From Oopsacas minuta (Eukaryota; Animalia; Porifera), in NCBI GenBank assembly GCA_024704765.1, contig JAKMXF010000324.1:186001-250000 (forward strand): a stretch of DNA of 64,000 nucleotides, written 5' to 3'. Made by a program: the position numbers and the translations under genes. The stretch's first letter is position 1. Each line of letters opens with the position of its first letter. The notes under the pieces are model-generated. The model saw nothing but the letters and a program-made list of their open reading frames with translations, had not been told where the DNA came from and ran no database searches. Positions 1 to 12,860 of this stretch are shown in pieces.

Positions 1-86
1 TATGGCCGATGGAATATATATTACTTTGACGGTTTGAGGCCATATTTGTACAATTTAAGACTGCGATGTAACGGAAGTTGACAGTA
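1..86. mobile_element. Partial copy of CAGT-ended MITE family 1 (truncated by window edge)
   Basis: Has the family core TTTGACGGTTTG..CCATATTTGTACAATT and the terminal CGGAAGTTGACAGTA, matching copies at 34626 and 55932. Confidence 0.7.
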
Positions 87-1139
87 ATTCAATTTTCAAT
101 TGTACATTGAACTATAATATTGTACAAATTCCAAATATGCTCTGTGCTAATTAAGTAGATCATTAATCAAAATAACAATTATGTTGTGGCAGTATTCCAG
201 TGGCTATGTAGACATATGCCCAAATGCCTCGTCATTTATGTGAAATATACTTTAGAGGGACCCTAGCGTATGAAATGGTTTCACGCTACAAGGGATACCC
301 AAAGGATTCTATGAATGTTGTTAACCCAAACTGTGAGTAATAATCGCTAGGTAGTTCCATGTAACCATCTCTCCTTTGAACTAGAATTGGCTTCCCTCCT
401 TACTAAAAGCAAGCGTGTTTCTGCTAGACTAAACTTTGGTATAAAGATTCTTATCAAAAGTGGTAGTCTTGCTGTCGTTACCGATATCGCGGATTGTTAT
501 GTATTACCCTTGTTTGAGGTTGAAGTGTTAACTGTTTTACAGTTTCTGATTATATTTGTTTGTGTGTTTTAGAGAGTAATATTCCTTTTAAGTTTGGTTA
601 ATTGAGTTTTAATCAATTAGCTGACGAGATAATTATGCCAGCCAATTTTATAAATATTCAATTGAAACTCTTTGCCGAATAGTATGATTAAAGCCCGCTC
701 AAATAGTTTAAACAAGGGAAATCTGGCGCCCACACGAGGTCATAAATTTCATACTTCCCCGGATTTCTGGATTATCCCGCGATTTTATATGACATCTGGA
801 AAAAATATTAGATATGTCTCGAAAATTTCTGAAAATGAATATTATTTGTATATAAAATTAGAAATCTAGGCAAATTTTGAAAATCTTGCGACTTCGAGAT
901 AATATCCAAGAAATTGTTCTGACTCAAAATTGTGCATGCGGGTGGGAGAATTAATAATGCTGCCATTTGGCCTGTGGTCATGATAAACTGAATGAAACCA
1001 TGATAGGACTATTGTAGAATTTTCGCAAGTGTATAATCTTATTTGTTAATTACACACCAACAGGTGTAATTCATTCGACATTAACTTAGTTCATCAAATG
1101 ATATTTTTGTCTGTACCGCGCCGATTGCAAAGTCTCTAT

Positions 1140-1222
1140 GGCCTGGCCTATATCCTTGTATGGAAACTGTCCAAATTGACCCAATTAACCGGCTGTCCTG
1201 ATTAAGCCGAGTCTAATGTAAG
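1140..1222. mobile_element. Degenerate CAGT-ended MITE, family 2
   Basis: Reverse complement begins TACATTAGACTCGGCTTAATCAGGACAGCCGGTTAATTGGGTC, similar to the 35131-35273 element. Confidence 0.45.
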
Positions 1223-2037
1223 TTAATATATTATACCATTTCTGGTATCAATTATTGTCTCGAGTTGCAAGGTCAATCTCTTCTGTAACCACAATATTTG
1301 AATATTATATAATTAATTCACATGCTTCTGTTAGATTGTTTCAGGCTGGGGACATATGCTAATATTGATAATTACATTAACATGTAGTGATAACATTCCT
1401 CGAGCGATTTTGGGGAGGTTTTGTCCCTCTTTGCCCCATGAGCATGATCATTTTCCAATTTTGACAACTCTTACTTGGATTAATTCTCGGATTCGGAAAG
1501 CTTGTAAATCCAATTTTGGCTGTAAGAATTTTACTAACCGAATCACAAATCCAATATACATTTTCCATGAACTTTTGGATTTCAAATTCTGGAACATTGC
1601 CTTTAACAGTATTCATGTGGTAGAATTACATAATTTCTAATGCTCAACCAGTGTTTAATTACCCACAGATAATGCGTAGATATTGTTTATTCAGTTACAT
1701 TGCATGAAACCGTAAAACTATTTGTGAATTTATATTTTGTAAATATTAATTTAGAATATTGTGTGGTCAAGTAAGCATGTAGTATGTTAATGGTGCAGCT
1801 ATATCATATGTAGGATTTTGCGTTTATTCCTACATGTACATTAATATAAGGGGCTTTAATTCGGTCATAATGGGCAAACATGTGTAGGCCAAACTACAAT
1901 CCGTCCTGTAGCATTTACAGAAAGTAAGGAGAAGATAAATTTGAGGAAAACGGGTGTTTTCCAACTTTTTTTGGGAAACTTCCCATAGTTTCCGTATATT
2001 AAATGCTATGAATCTCAGGTTTTCATTTGGAAACCTG

Positions 2038-2130
2038 ACCAATCAAATTACAGCCTGAACCACTACTTAAGTTGTACATTCAATTTAACCGATAGAATAC
2101 CAGCTGTGTAAACCCTCAAATCTGATAGGT
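2038..2130. repeat. Dispersed CCAATCA...TGATTGG palindromic repeat
   Basis: CCAATCAAAT...TAGAATACCAGC...AACCCTCAAATCTGATAGG, shared with 9165-9268 and 10486-10595. Confidence 0.65.
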
Positions 2131-3476
2131 CGACACATTCCCTATTCGTTTTGATATTTGAAAGAACCCCTCGACTAATCATATTCACATAAAAGGAAAT
2201 CATAATTCTATTGCATTTCTCATCTATACGCTAATAGTGATGATATCTGCTCAGTTTATAAATATTCATAAAAGTACTGTTTCATGTTTACGCTGTCTCT
2301 TCGAATTACATCGGGTTCAGTAACATTCAGGTTTATATTCCGCAGATAATTATATCCTCCCATTTGCAAATTAGTTATCACAGAGGTCACCGAAATTCGA
2401 GCTATGAAAGACATTACTAGCCAAAATTGCGGTCACTACGAATTGATCTTTGTATAATTAATTATATTCCAGATTGGGAGATAACATTTGTAAATTTACC
2501 ACCCAATGAGTTAGGAATAATAATTATATGTAATTAAAATCAAATCTATTTCTGGTTAATTCGGGTAAGAAATTAATTAGCAAGCTCTCCTGTCCATATG
2601 ATACATCTAGCAAAGTATTTGACGGAGAAAATATCGAATTCAATACCTGTACACATGATTACAAGGATAGAGGGTGGATGTTATAACTAAAATCTCATAT
2701 AATTATGACTGTCTTACTTATTAAATGATCATGCAATACCTACAGCATAGTCTAAAAATTACACTCGTGGGGATGAATCATATATCCTATTTGCGGTTTT
2801 CCCCTGGCTCGCTCAGGTTTCTACAAGTTCGGCGCCTACACTCTGTGTACTCCTGGCTTCCCAGAGACTACAATACACATTTTGACACCCTATAGGCCCC
2901 AGCTGGTGTGAGTTATTAGTAAGAAGCGTGGTTAAATAAGAATACAGTATATTCCTTCCAGTACGAATTAACAGCTATAAATATTTGAGTAATCTAATTA
3001 TGTGTTATCCTAAAGAACTGTGAAATGAATCTGGACTGAATTACAATCTGTCATAAACTAATATAAGATTATCAATCCGAGTAGTTAATTCCTATCAGAG
3101 ATTTTTTGGTTTCTCCATATGCACTATACTGCAATCTGGATTACTAATTATAATTTAACTTCCCTTCTAAAAACTAGCTGTCATATCTAGTTCATGTGAA
3201 TTCATTACTTAGAATATCGTAGAAAAATCTGGTGGGTGCGGTCTCGCCCTTCGCTAGGGGTGTAGGAACAAGGAGGCGTGCCCTAGGCGCCAATTTTAAT
3301 GAGGTTGGCGCCTAAATCGTGTATGTATCCCCTATGTGGACCTTACACAGTCTGGAGAAGTCCTCTACTCTTGAAACTTAGGGAAAATGACTCGGTATTT
3401 TGTTTATATGTCAGGGCTATTTCAAGAATTCGATCCGCCAGATAAATTACTGAATTATATCAAATTGGTATTTCTC

Positions 3477-3634
3477 CAGTCAACTCCCGTTATATCAAAC
3501 ACGGATATATCGGAATACCCGCTTATATTGAAGTCTTATATTGTAGAAATATGGTCCCAAACCGTCAAAGTAGCACATATTCCATCGGTTATACCTAAGT
3601 AAGTATCGCTGTCCCTTGAGCTTAGATATAACCG
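3477..3634. mobile_element. MITE family 1 (Tc1/mariner-pogo-like ends)
   Basis: Begins CAGTCAACTCCCGTTATATC, has the core GGTCCCAAACCGTCAAA and ends GTCCCTTGAGCTTAGATATAACC. Confidence 0.8.
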
Positions 3635-4053
3635 TATTTATGGAATAAGGGAATATCTACTCAGTGTTGGATACTAGTCTATCTACCTCACATACGTATC
3701 GAGACAGCCTATCTACACCCTTGGAACGCCTCTATATGGAATATTGATTTCATTAATCTAACCAAGATTGATATAAGTTTTGATTTGATGCTGTATCATA
3801 TATCAAATGGCAATGGGTCACTATTTGGATCGAACTTTGAAACTTTAAACTGGGTGTGTCGCGAAGTTCATCCCTCCTATAATTACTCATGATAAGTTTA
3901 GAATTTGTAATTGAATTATTATGTAATTAAACTGCCTTGAAAACTACGTATTTGGTCATTATGGTTATGGCTCAGGGACTGGATTAATGTAGTAACTTTA
4001 TTGGGATTCTTTTGCTACCTTGCGATTTCATTTTAACAAAGACATGATTAAGC

Positions 4054-4165
4054 CAGCTGTTCCTAACCTGTGGCCATAGGTCCTCCATGGAAGACAGCAG
4101 AGGGTCCACAGAATATGTTAATATTGGTACAGGGGTCCGTTAGTGAAAAATGTTGGGAATTACTG
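4054..4165. mobile_element. hAT-type MITE
   Basis: Ends CAGCTGTTCCTAACC / TGTTGGGAATTACTG; internal GGTCCACAGA shared with 30044 and 62781. Confidence 0.6.
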
Positions 4166-5151
4166 CTTATGAATATTATATACTTGCAACTATCCCGCTT
4201 TTGGAATATTTTATTGCTTGTTTTGTCCGCCAAAAATGTGATCAAAATGTGAAACTACCAAAGGATAAATAAATAATTGCAGATATTTGTAATTCAAAAC
4301 AGATGTTTAACTCATAAATATTTTGTAGAAATTACTTCAAAAATTGAAATTATTTCAGTTTCTGCTATTTACAGTGAGACATAATATTAGCTAGTACTTT
4401 CATAATATTAACTATCTCTTTCAGAAATTCCCTCTTATCTACGAAACTGTCCCGGGTTTTTACGATTCTAAAGTCCCAAAGGGCTGTCAGAATATATTTT
4501 TCCTTAATACAACTATTTGTTTATTATTAAATTATATTATTCACACCTCAAACATGTCAGCATTTTCATGAATTGTTCCCTTCGAGGGAAGTTAATAAGC
4601 AACTCGATATTACAAATTAAAAGTCAATAATTAACTCAGATCTTTTCAGCAAAATTGCTGAATTTTAGAATTTCAATTAACCCAACTTTGAAGTTACAAA
4701 TTAATCAAAGATCAAACAAGTTTGTTAATTCATTCGTGACTAATTTGTTGATGAATATTTTCCGTTTTCTGCTAAATAAACTCTGAATTTCTTGTCAACA
4801 AATTTTTGTGATTCATAGTAATCTCATCATCAAAGAATTAAACCCGAAATCGAATTTCCCATTTTCATCGTTCTAACTATGCATCATAGTAGTGTTATCG
4901 CTACACAAAGTCTCGTAGATATATGGAATCCACCTAGAATTCGGGAAACCTTGTCAATTTTATGGTTTTATAAACCAACTTTAACCTCACACGAACTGGA
5001 CAGATGTTCTGTCAGAGATTAGATTATTAACTACCCCGATTTGTGTGATATTATTCATGCGATTTATAGATATGGTAGATAGAGTAATCACTAAATTCAC
5101 ATATATTATATCAACCGAATTTCCCAAGGTATTTGCATGTATCTACCCGCA

Positions 5152-5217
5152 ACCAATCAATATCACCTCTGGTTAATAGGTATAAGCTCTCGGAAAATGA
5201 CCAAATCTGATTGGGGG
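5152..5217. repeat. Short CCAATCA...TGATTGG repeat copy
   Basis: CCAATCAATATC...AAATCTGATTGGGG inverted ends as in the other copies. Confidence 0.45.
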
Positions 5218-8031
5218 CAGATGGTTTTCATTTTCTTAGAGGTGTAGGCTTTGATACAGAACTATATATTTGAATTATGCATAAAGCCATATAAATCATT
5301 CTGGAAAGCTAACTTAAAATTCCTAATATTTGGCGACTATAAAATCAAAATTATGTAAGCAGGAGAAATTCACTAGAAATATTATACTCACCGAAAATTA
5401 GTTTTTGATTTCCCTTGTCCAGTTCCATATTTCATTAAAGTTGAACTTAACCAAGTAACTTGTACTTTCATAACGAACATGTTAAAAGTACAAAATTATG
5501 AATTTTTTAACATAATATTCGAGACAGTCGTTCTGATTGCAATTTTCGTCTACAGGTTGAATGTTTTCACCGCAAACTTCTAAAATCTCATGTAAGCAAT
5601 ATATGCGCCATTATGATGATCATTTCTTATTTTATCTCAAAATTATCATTAATTAATAATGTAGTCAGTGGTTATGCTAGCAAGGGATAATCATATGTTG
5701 TAGCTCTTATCGACATTTCTTATATGTTAACACATTTTAATAACATAAATATATTTTTTACATGTAAAAAATGTTCTTTCATCACTCCCTTAAAAGTCAT
5801 ATCTAATTACAAAAAAGGTGATTAAATATTATAAAATTCAAACAGTAATACACACAGCTGTCCTAAAAGATAAATCCTTTACCATCAATTAATCTATCAC
5901 ACCCAAATTGTGGTCATCTTTTTATCTGTAATATTGAAAGTGGTGTAAACGTATTACAATTCATTTGATCTTGCTGATGGATTATATTTTTTAGGAAACT
6001 TTGATTTCTGCTCGTTTGTGCAAAGCACAAAAGCTACTCACCATTATTTGGGTTGTAACCAGAATTGTATCTTTGATAATTGGTGTTTTTTGAACTTAAA
6101 ATTTACCGGTGATGAATTTCTGGTTAGTAACCAGGTGTTAAAGGAAAGCGAGAGACATGTAGGTGACATGTTCACTCCGTAGTATACCGCGTCAGTGAGT
6201 AATGGAGAGAATCATGAGCTTGGCGAGCGACGGTTAAAAGGGCATAATTCTTAACCTGAGTGAAGAGAAAACAGCCCTGGAATGTCTTATTTAGCGGGAC
6301 ATCGCGAGACTTAGCATAATTGCAGCAAATTTTGGCGGGGGATATTAACCACATTTTCGCTCAAAACATGTTCCAAATATCTGGACAGCTGGAAATTATG
6401 AAAGGGCTCTAGATGAATTTCACATTTATTCTTTGTAGTAATAATCATTTTCTAATATTTTGATTTGTGTGACGGATAACATTTCGCTAATATTAACTCG
6501 AAATGAAGTAGACAATTGTCTGCCGTATGGACCATTAACTTAATTATCGATTTCAAATCAGATATCTGTGAATTTAGTGATTCACGTTATAGAAAATTTT
6601 CTGTGTTTAGAAAGCATGGAATTAAATGAAGCGTCAATGAATGTGCATTTGTATTACATGGATAATGGATACCTAAACCAAAAGTATTGTCTCAAAATAG
6701 TATATGAGTTATCAAATAATCTACACTCAAGTAAAGTTTAAGCTGTTTGTCTTATTAACTGGAACTATCATTTGCATGGTTCCGTTTTGCTGGATTAATA
6801 GCATTCTTATAAGGATTTTTGAAAAATTCCCTGATTTCTAAGTGTTACTTCCAAAAATAGCAAATCCAGGGTAGTATTTGGGAGAACAGGAATTATACAG
6901 ATTTGCAAAATTCCAATTGTTTCCCGGGATTATTCAGGGGTCCCGGAGAGTTGGTAAGTGTGTAATTGCCCTCCTTACCCTCTATTAAACGGCTACTGAA
7001 TATACAAGCATTTTACCAACACATAACCATGAAAATTGATGAATTCCTACTTTCAAATAATTGAACCTTTCACTACCAGTTTTTTACATAATGTAATTAA
7101 CCATTAATAGACACATAAATTATTTCACAACCTGGTCACGGCTGTACGTAATAGCTATGCAGTTTGGTGGTTAATTCTGGCTTATCAATATTATTCGCGA
7201 CATGTTGTACTATTCATTTGTTAGCAACCACATTGTAATTAGGAATGTCCATGGAGTACGATAATCCGCAGAATTGTGTTCTAGTTAATATGTTAGCAAC
7301 CAGTCTGGTGGTTAGATATTTATTGAAAGCTAAACCGAACAGTTGGAAGCAATTTGGGGATGTGATAATTCTAATAATTCTTTTAATGTTATTTTCACAG
7401 GTTTTGGCCAGTAAGCAAATGAACTAATATTAAAACATTCAATTTATCGAATTCTATAGTTTCAGTTCCAATATTGTATTACTTAAGTTATTAACATTGG
7501 CTCGTAGTCCATGGTTGACTCTATTCCAATTTTTTAGAATATTTTCGTATTCAAACTATAGATATTCAAAACTAATCAATATGGATTAGCATAGCTACAC
7601 GAATGGCCTATTGGAATTACTTATATTCTTAGTGAATATACAGAGTTCCATCGCTATATTTGGGGTCATACCAAGTTGGTCCCGTTGGCTAATACTATTT
7701 CTATTAGCGGCCAAACGGAACGTCTCCTACGTTATATGGATATTTTAGGGGACCTTGCAACTCTAATAAATATAATTTGGGTGGGAGGAGCAAGGAGGGT
7801 GTAAGATCGCGAACACTTGCCCTCCTCACCCTCTAAATGAAGCACTAACTTGAAAAGTCCATGTGGAAGGGCTCACATATATATTTTGTTAGCTCTATGG
7901 GGCGGTAACCAAGCCAAGTGGACTCAGGCCACCTCGGGTTCGAAGCTTATACCCAAAATTATAATTAACACGTCCCCCAAAAGTGGGACGGTAGAGTTCT
8001 AACCACCTGTTATATAATATTTAAGCTTAGA

Positions 8032-10295
8032 ATGGCAGACATAACACCATCCAATAAAGAACTTGAAGTAAAACTACTATGTGACCGTAGCATCGTCCCA
8101 AACTCCCCTAACGATACCGAGATCCATCTCATGTGCCAGATAACTGCCCCCGAGGACGATATGATCCGGGCCCCCGTCTCGATATGCGCCGTTATCGACA
8201 GAAGCAGCAGCATGAAGGACAATATGGAACTAATGCGAATGACACTAAAATTCATGGTAGACCAGTTCAGAGCTGAAGATAGATTGGCTCTGGTCATGTT
8301 TGATCATGATGTCAGTGTTGAGTTTGAGTTGACTGCAATGAACGAAGGGGGAAAGGAGAAAGCAAGGAAGATAATTGAGAGTATTTGTGAGAGAGGGCAT
8401 ACAAACCTGAGCGGGGGGCTGTTAGCAGGCCTGAACGTATTCTATCAGGTATATTTATATGATAAATTATTGACACCTATTTTAGTTATTCTATTAGTAA
8501 ACCATGGATATGAAGGCATTTTCTCTGAGATTTGTCATATTTCTCAACTTGTACCATTTATTATTAGAAATCGTTGTATTAGAGATTAGGTCCCATAACT
8601 AGTCAGGGGAGACGCGTATAATTCGTATTTGTGTCTAGGTTCCCGAAGAACTCGCTACAAAAGTAGAATCAGTCCTTCTATTCACAGATGGGAGAGCTAA
8701 CTATGGAATAACAAACCCCAGAACATTGGAGAAGGCAGCGCGTAATACCGTGATGCAGATTTCTAGAAATACAAATATATTCACGTTTGGATATGGGACA
8801 GAGCATGATGCGAATATCCTACGTACGATAGCCGAGGCAGGAAATGGGCTGTTCTACTTTATTGAGAGCCAAGAGAGTATTCCTGAGTCGTTTTGTGATT
8901 GTCTAGGAGGGCTACTGAGTGTGGCAGCTCAGAACTTAATACTGTCACTCACTGCTGAATGTCAGGTGAGTAATTGTTATGATTAATCTTGAATAATTAT
9001 TGGAAACTTCCTTATATGGTAGTTCAGTTACAATTGGGCCCAATTATTGTCTGTTTGTCTGTCTGTTTGTCTGTTAGTTAGTTAGTTAGTTAGTTTGTTT
9101 GTTTGTTTGTTTGTTTGTATTATAGTTCAGAATTAAATTTCATTTTTGCAAGTCTGTAATTCACCTAAACCAATCAACTTTCTGTCTCAGTTAGGCATTA
9201 ATTTCTATTTATAGCAATAGAATATCAGCCTACGCATACTCGTAAACCCTCACATCTGATTGGGTGTGATATTACCATACCTTTACACTGTATGTAGGTT
9301 GTGTTGCAAAAACCCTCAACGCCATTTCCGGTGACAGTTGTTAAACCTGGAAAAGAGATACAAATAAAAGTGCCAGATATATATTCAGGAGAAGCAAAAT
9401 GTGTTGTAGTTCCTACTCTACTATCTGGAACCAGAAACCCAGTACAAGAAGAGGTGTTGTTAGCTAAATTGAATGTTACAGGTTTCAGTGTTTGTTCAAG
9501 TTCTCATGTCTCACTGGATTCGCAAGTTAGCGTGTTTGTTGATCCAAATTGTAAAATAGCGGTTAATTCTAAAGACCAGGGGGATATATTGGTTAACAGG
9601 ATGAGAATTGCTACTTCTGAGGTAAGTTCTTATAGAAACTGTGTCTTAATGGCATATACGTCATATGACACAGAACTTCATATGCTTTTTAGATATCTAA
9701 CCATGGATGGTAGATTTTGTTTATCTGCTTGGATGTTATCCTGGGTCATTTTGATGCACTCATGGCATAGAAAACTTTTCACCATTTTTGGGTATAATTC
9801 CGACCGATCTTAGAAATTTCGTCTTAACCAACGGATGAAATATGCCCAAGCTACGATTCCTGTTTGTTTGTTATTGTTTACACATATTTCTAGGTGTTAG
9901 AAGAAGGTAAACAACTCTCAGAGAAAGGAGAGATCGCCGAAGCTCGCCAACTAATCACAGATCTAATCCAAACTATATCTCATTCAGAAGTAGGGAAACA
10001 TGAAGTTTGTCTATACTGTATTGAGTCCTTAAACGAAGTTTTAGTTGAGTTAAAGGACAAAATAACCTATAAGGCAAAGGCTAACAAACTTATGAACCAA
10101 TTCGCGCAAGGACACGCTTGGCAACGCGCAAATGTGTCAAAACCGACGATGCTTCAACAACACATTGCAGACAACGTCTGTGCTACTGACAGTAAGGAAG
10201 AGAAACTTAAGCAGGCCGAGGTAACTCCCTTCTTCGCCAATCCTTACCAGAATAAAAAGAAAGGTGCTATGAAGATGGGATATTTTTTGAAATAA
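8032..10295 (+). CDS. VWA-domain protein with C-terminal helical (Vwaint-like) region, 4 exons, ~489 aa
   Basis: Exons 8032-8448, 8639-8965, 9298-9621, 9894-10295, all GT-AG and in frame. MIDAS motif DRSSSM, TNLSGGL and VLLFTDG; C-terminal HAWQR motif. Confidence 0.85.
9052..9118. repeat. (GTYT)n/(GTTA)n/(GTTT)n microsatellite in VWA intron 2
   Basis: Visible tetranucleotide tract. Confidence 0.9.
9165..9268. repeat. Dispersed CCAATCA...TGATTGG palindromic repeat
   Basis: CTAAACCAATCAA...TAGAATATCAGCCTAC...AACCCTCACATCTGATTGGGTG. Confidence 0.7.
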
Positions 10296-10485
10296 AATGT
10301 GGACCATGGATTGTAGATATTTAGATTTTGAGAGATTTGTATGTAAGGTGAATTACCTATTTTAGATAATTCGTAATATCTGATTATTGTCAGATTATTT
10401 ATTTTTGGAAACTTCCCTCATTTGTAATACTGCCCCGTCCCCTCCGTGTTCCATATCTTTTCATTTATCAAGGTGTTTTTCCCCC

Positions 10486-10595
10486 CTAAACCAATCAATT
10501 TACACTCTCAGATGGGTGTGAAGTATTTGCAGAGTTTTTGTATAGAATATCAGCCTACATATATGTGGGGCAACCCTCAAATCTGATTGGGTGAC
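10486..10595. repeat. Dispersed CCAATCA...TGATTGG palindromic repeat
   Basis: CTAAACCAATCAA...TAGAATATCAGCCTAC...AACCCTCAAATCTGATTGGGTG, very similar to 9165-9268. Confidence 0.7.
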
Positions 10596-10750
10596 AAGTA
10601 ATATTTTCGCCCAATCAAACTTCTTACATTTAGATTGTAAAATGTGTTCGCCACATTCCCACAGCAAATATTTATGTTTTTGTTTACCTCTCGACCCCAA
10701 AGTGTCTTGAGCGTTATTTACCAAACTTTACCTATATTTATTCTATAAGC

Positions 10751-12735
10751 ATGACATTCCTTATATTCATCTTGTTGCTATGGTTACCTTTAACAAATTC
10801 GCTATCATTTATCTCAGAACCAGTTGATCGCACTATCTCTATACATTTCCCTGTTGAATTCAATTGCTTTGTATCACACACTGACGCAATCCTACTCATA
10901 TGGTCACTCAACACACAGAGATTTTCATGTAACGGTGATTGTTTTCCAAGTTTACCTGGCTATGTATTTGAAACTCTTAGGTACAATAATGCAACACATT
11001 TTATTATGACAATCGAAGCTGTTAATCTGACTGATAACGGTACAGTGAGTTGTATAGCGACGGAACTAACTAGTACAATGTCAATTACGTCAACGGTTGT
11101 GCTTATTGTGAATGATGTATTGGATTTCTTGAAGACACCAGGGATACCGGATGGGGTAGAAATAATACTAATTGGATATTCGATTCTATTCGTTTGTGAG
11201 GTAAACAAACAAGGAGGGACTTTTGTATGGAAGAGACGAGGGTCTGTTGTCCCTGATAATCCAAGGTGAGAAATTGGAGAGTTTTAGGCTACAGGGACTC
11301 TGCTTAATACATATTATCCTATGTTTGATATTAACTCTTTAGATACACATATTCCACTACACCTAGCAAATCTTCTTTAAACATAACAAGCTTGACCGCG
11401 GTAGATATCGGAGAATTTGTATGTGAGGTTACCCTAGCTAGTGAAGTTATAGCTAGTTCACCTGCTATTATAACTCTAGCAGATTATAATGCTCCCTCTA
11501 TTCAACAGGGATTAGCATATGAAGTAAGTTGTCACCTCCTGTTATCTAGCACGGATATATGGAAATATTAAATGATACAAATATGGCCCCAAACTCGTAA
11601 AACTAACATATAAGTTACACCGAAGTAATTATCGCTGTCCCTTAAACTACAGCCATGTATTACTTTGACGGTTTGGGTCCATATTTGCACAATATAAGAC
11701 TCGATATACGCGGGCAATTCGATATTTCCGTGTTCGTTATACCTGGAGTTGACTGTAATGGATTAATTACAACTTTAGGTGAATGTAATTATCGGACCCC
11801 AAACGGTTACCTGTCCAGTTCTGGGTAACCCTCTCCCCACGGAGATCACATGGTCACAAGACGGGGTAACGCTACCAACAAGCTCAACTTCTGGGCCATA
11901 CTCCAATTCTGGCATCTTACAATTCGACACTTCAAGAGAATTAGATACGGGGAAGTATGACTGTACAGCAAGTAATGGACTCCATACGGTTAATGGTACA
12001 GTGTATGTAGAGGTAACAGGTCTCACAGGTATATTAACCCAATGGTATGTCATAATGGGATTAATCGTAGCCTGTCTGGCAGTTAGCTGTGTAGGTGGGG
12101 CGTTTGTGTTGTCGTTAGTTTGTTGCTATATTGACCAGAGAAGTGAGGATAAACTCACTAAGAAGTACGAAGAAAGGATAAAACAAGTAAAGAGTAGAAG
12201 AGCAGAGCGTGCAAGAGAACATAGAGAAAGGTGATTTGATGTTTAGTTAACAAATAGAGTCAATTCCAGTTATATCGAAGCTGAAGGGACCGCAATAATT
12301 ACTCCGATATGACCGATTAATTATATGGTACTTTGACTGTTAGGTTTTCGTTTCCATAGTAGAGTTCGCCTATTAGCAAATCGTATATTGCACGAATTCC
12401 CTTGGTAAATAGGCGGACACCGCTGTTTGATGTTAAATCAATCTGTATTTAGATTTGAAAGTGCAAAGACAACTCAAGTAAGTACAATAATTAATGACTC
12501 ATCGAGGCCATCTAGTCAGCCAACTGTTTACAAGAACATACATACGGACAAATATCAATATACAGATTTTCTCAAGAACCCAGACGGGTCTGTGACGTAT
12601 TCAGTTAAGCAGGATAGGGTACAGATAGGGGGCAAACTGGGGAAACGTCCGAATACTGTAGCGGAGATAGAGATAGCTCCGATTATGGAAGAAAGGCCAC
12701 CCACTCACTTACGACTGCCAAGACATACAAAGTGA
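10751..12735 (+). CDS. Single-pass membrane receptor with three Ig-like domains, 4 exons, ~476 aa
   Basis: Exons 10751-11265, 11343-11523, 11779-12230, 12453-12735 with consistent phases. Signal peptide; Ig C..W..DxGxxxC patterns (DNGTVSC, DIGEFVC, DTGKYDC); TM segment YVIMGLIVACLAVSCVGGAFVLSLVCCYI; tyrosine-containing tail. Confidence 0.85.
11541..11757. mobile_element. Two partial, oppositely oriented MITE family 1 copies in Ig-gene intron 2
   Basis: CACGGATATAT...ATCGCTGTCCCTT followed by TTTGACGGTTTGGGTCCATATTTG...GGAGTTGACTGTA. Confidence 0.7.
12257..12335. mobile_element. Partial MITE family 1 copy
   Basis: AGTCAATTCCAGTTATATCGAAGCTGAAGGGACCGCAATAATTAC. Confidence 0.65.
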
Positions 12736-12786
12736 AACTTCTTATGCTTTTACTTATTCGATTTTTTACTTTTTATGACTCGAAAT

Positions 12787-12860
12787 TATTTCATATCTCC
12801 ATGGCAACCAAAGAATGCCATTTTATTTCATATCTCCATGGCAACCGAAGAATGTCATTT
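12787..12860. repeat. 37-bp direct tandem duplication, each unit with an RFX X-box-like motif
   Basis: TATTTCATATCTCCATGGCAACC(A/G)AAGAATG(C/T)CATTT twice. Confidence 0.85.

Noticed and set aside
256-572. Possible terminal exons of a + strand gene (GTLAYEMVSRYKGYPKDSMNVVNPN, donor GTGAGT, acceptor at about 384)
   Set aside because: The only open frame joins into TAA at the junction and no family is recognisable; not enough support for a CDS.
4820-7803. Met-less stop-free frames of about 65-77 codons (about 4820-5030, 5949-6183, 7595-7803)
   Set aside because: No recognisable motifs and no consistent donor/acceptor pairs; may be chance or decayed transposon sequence.
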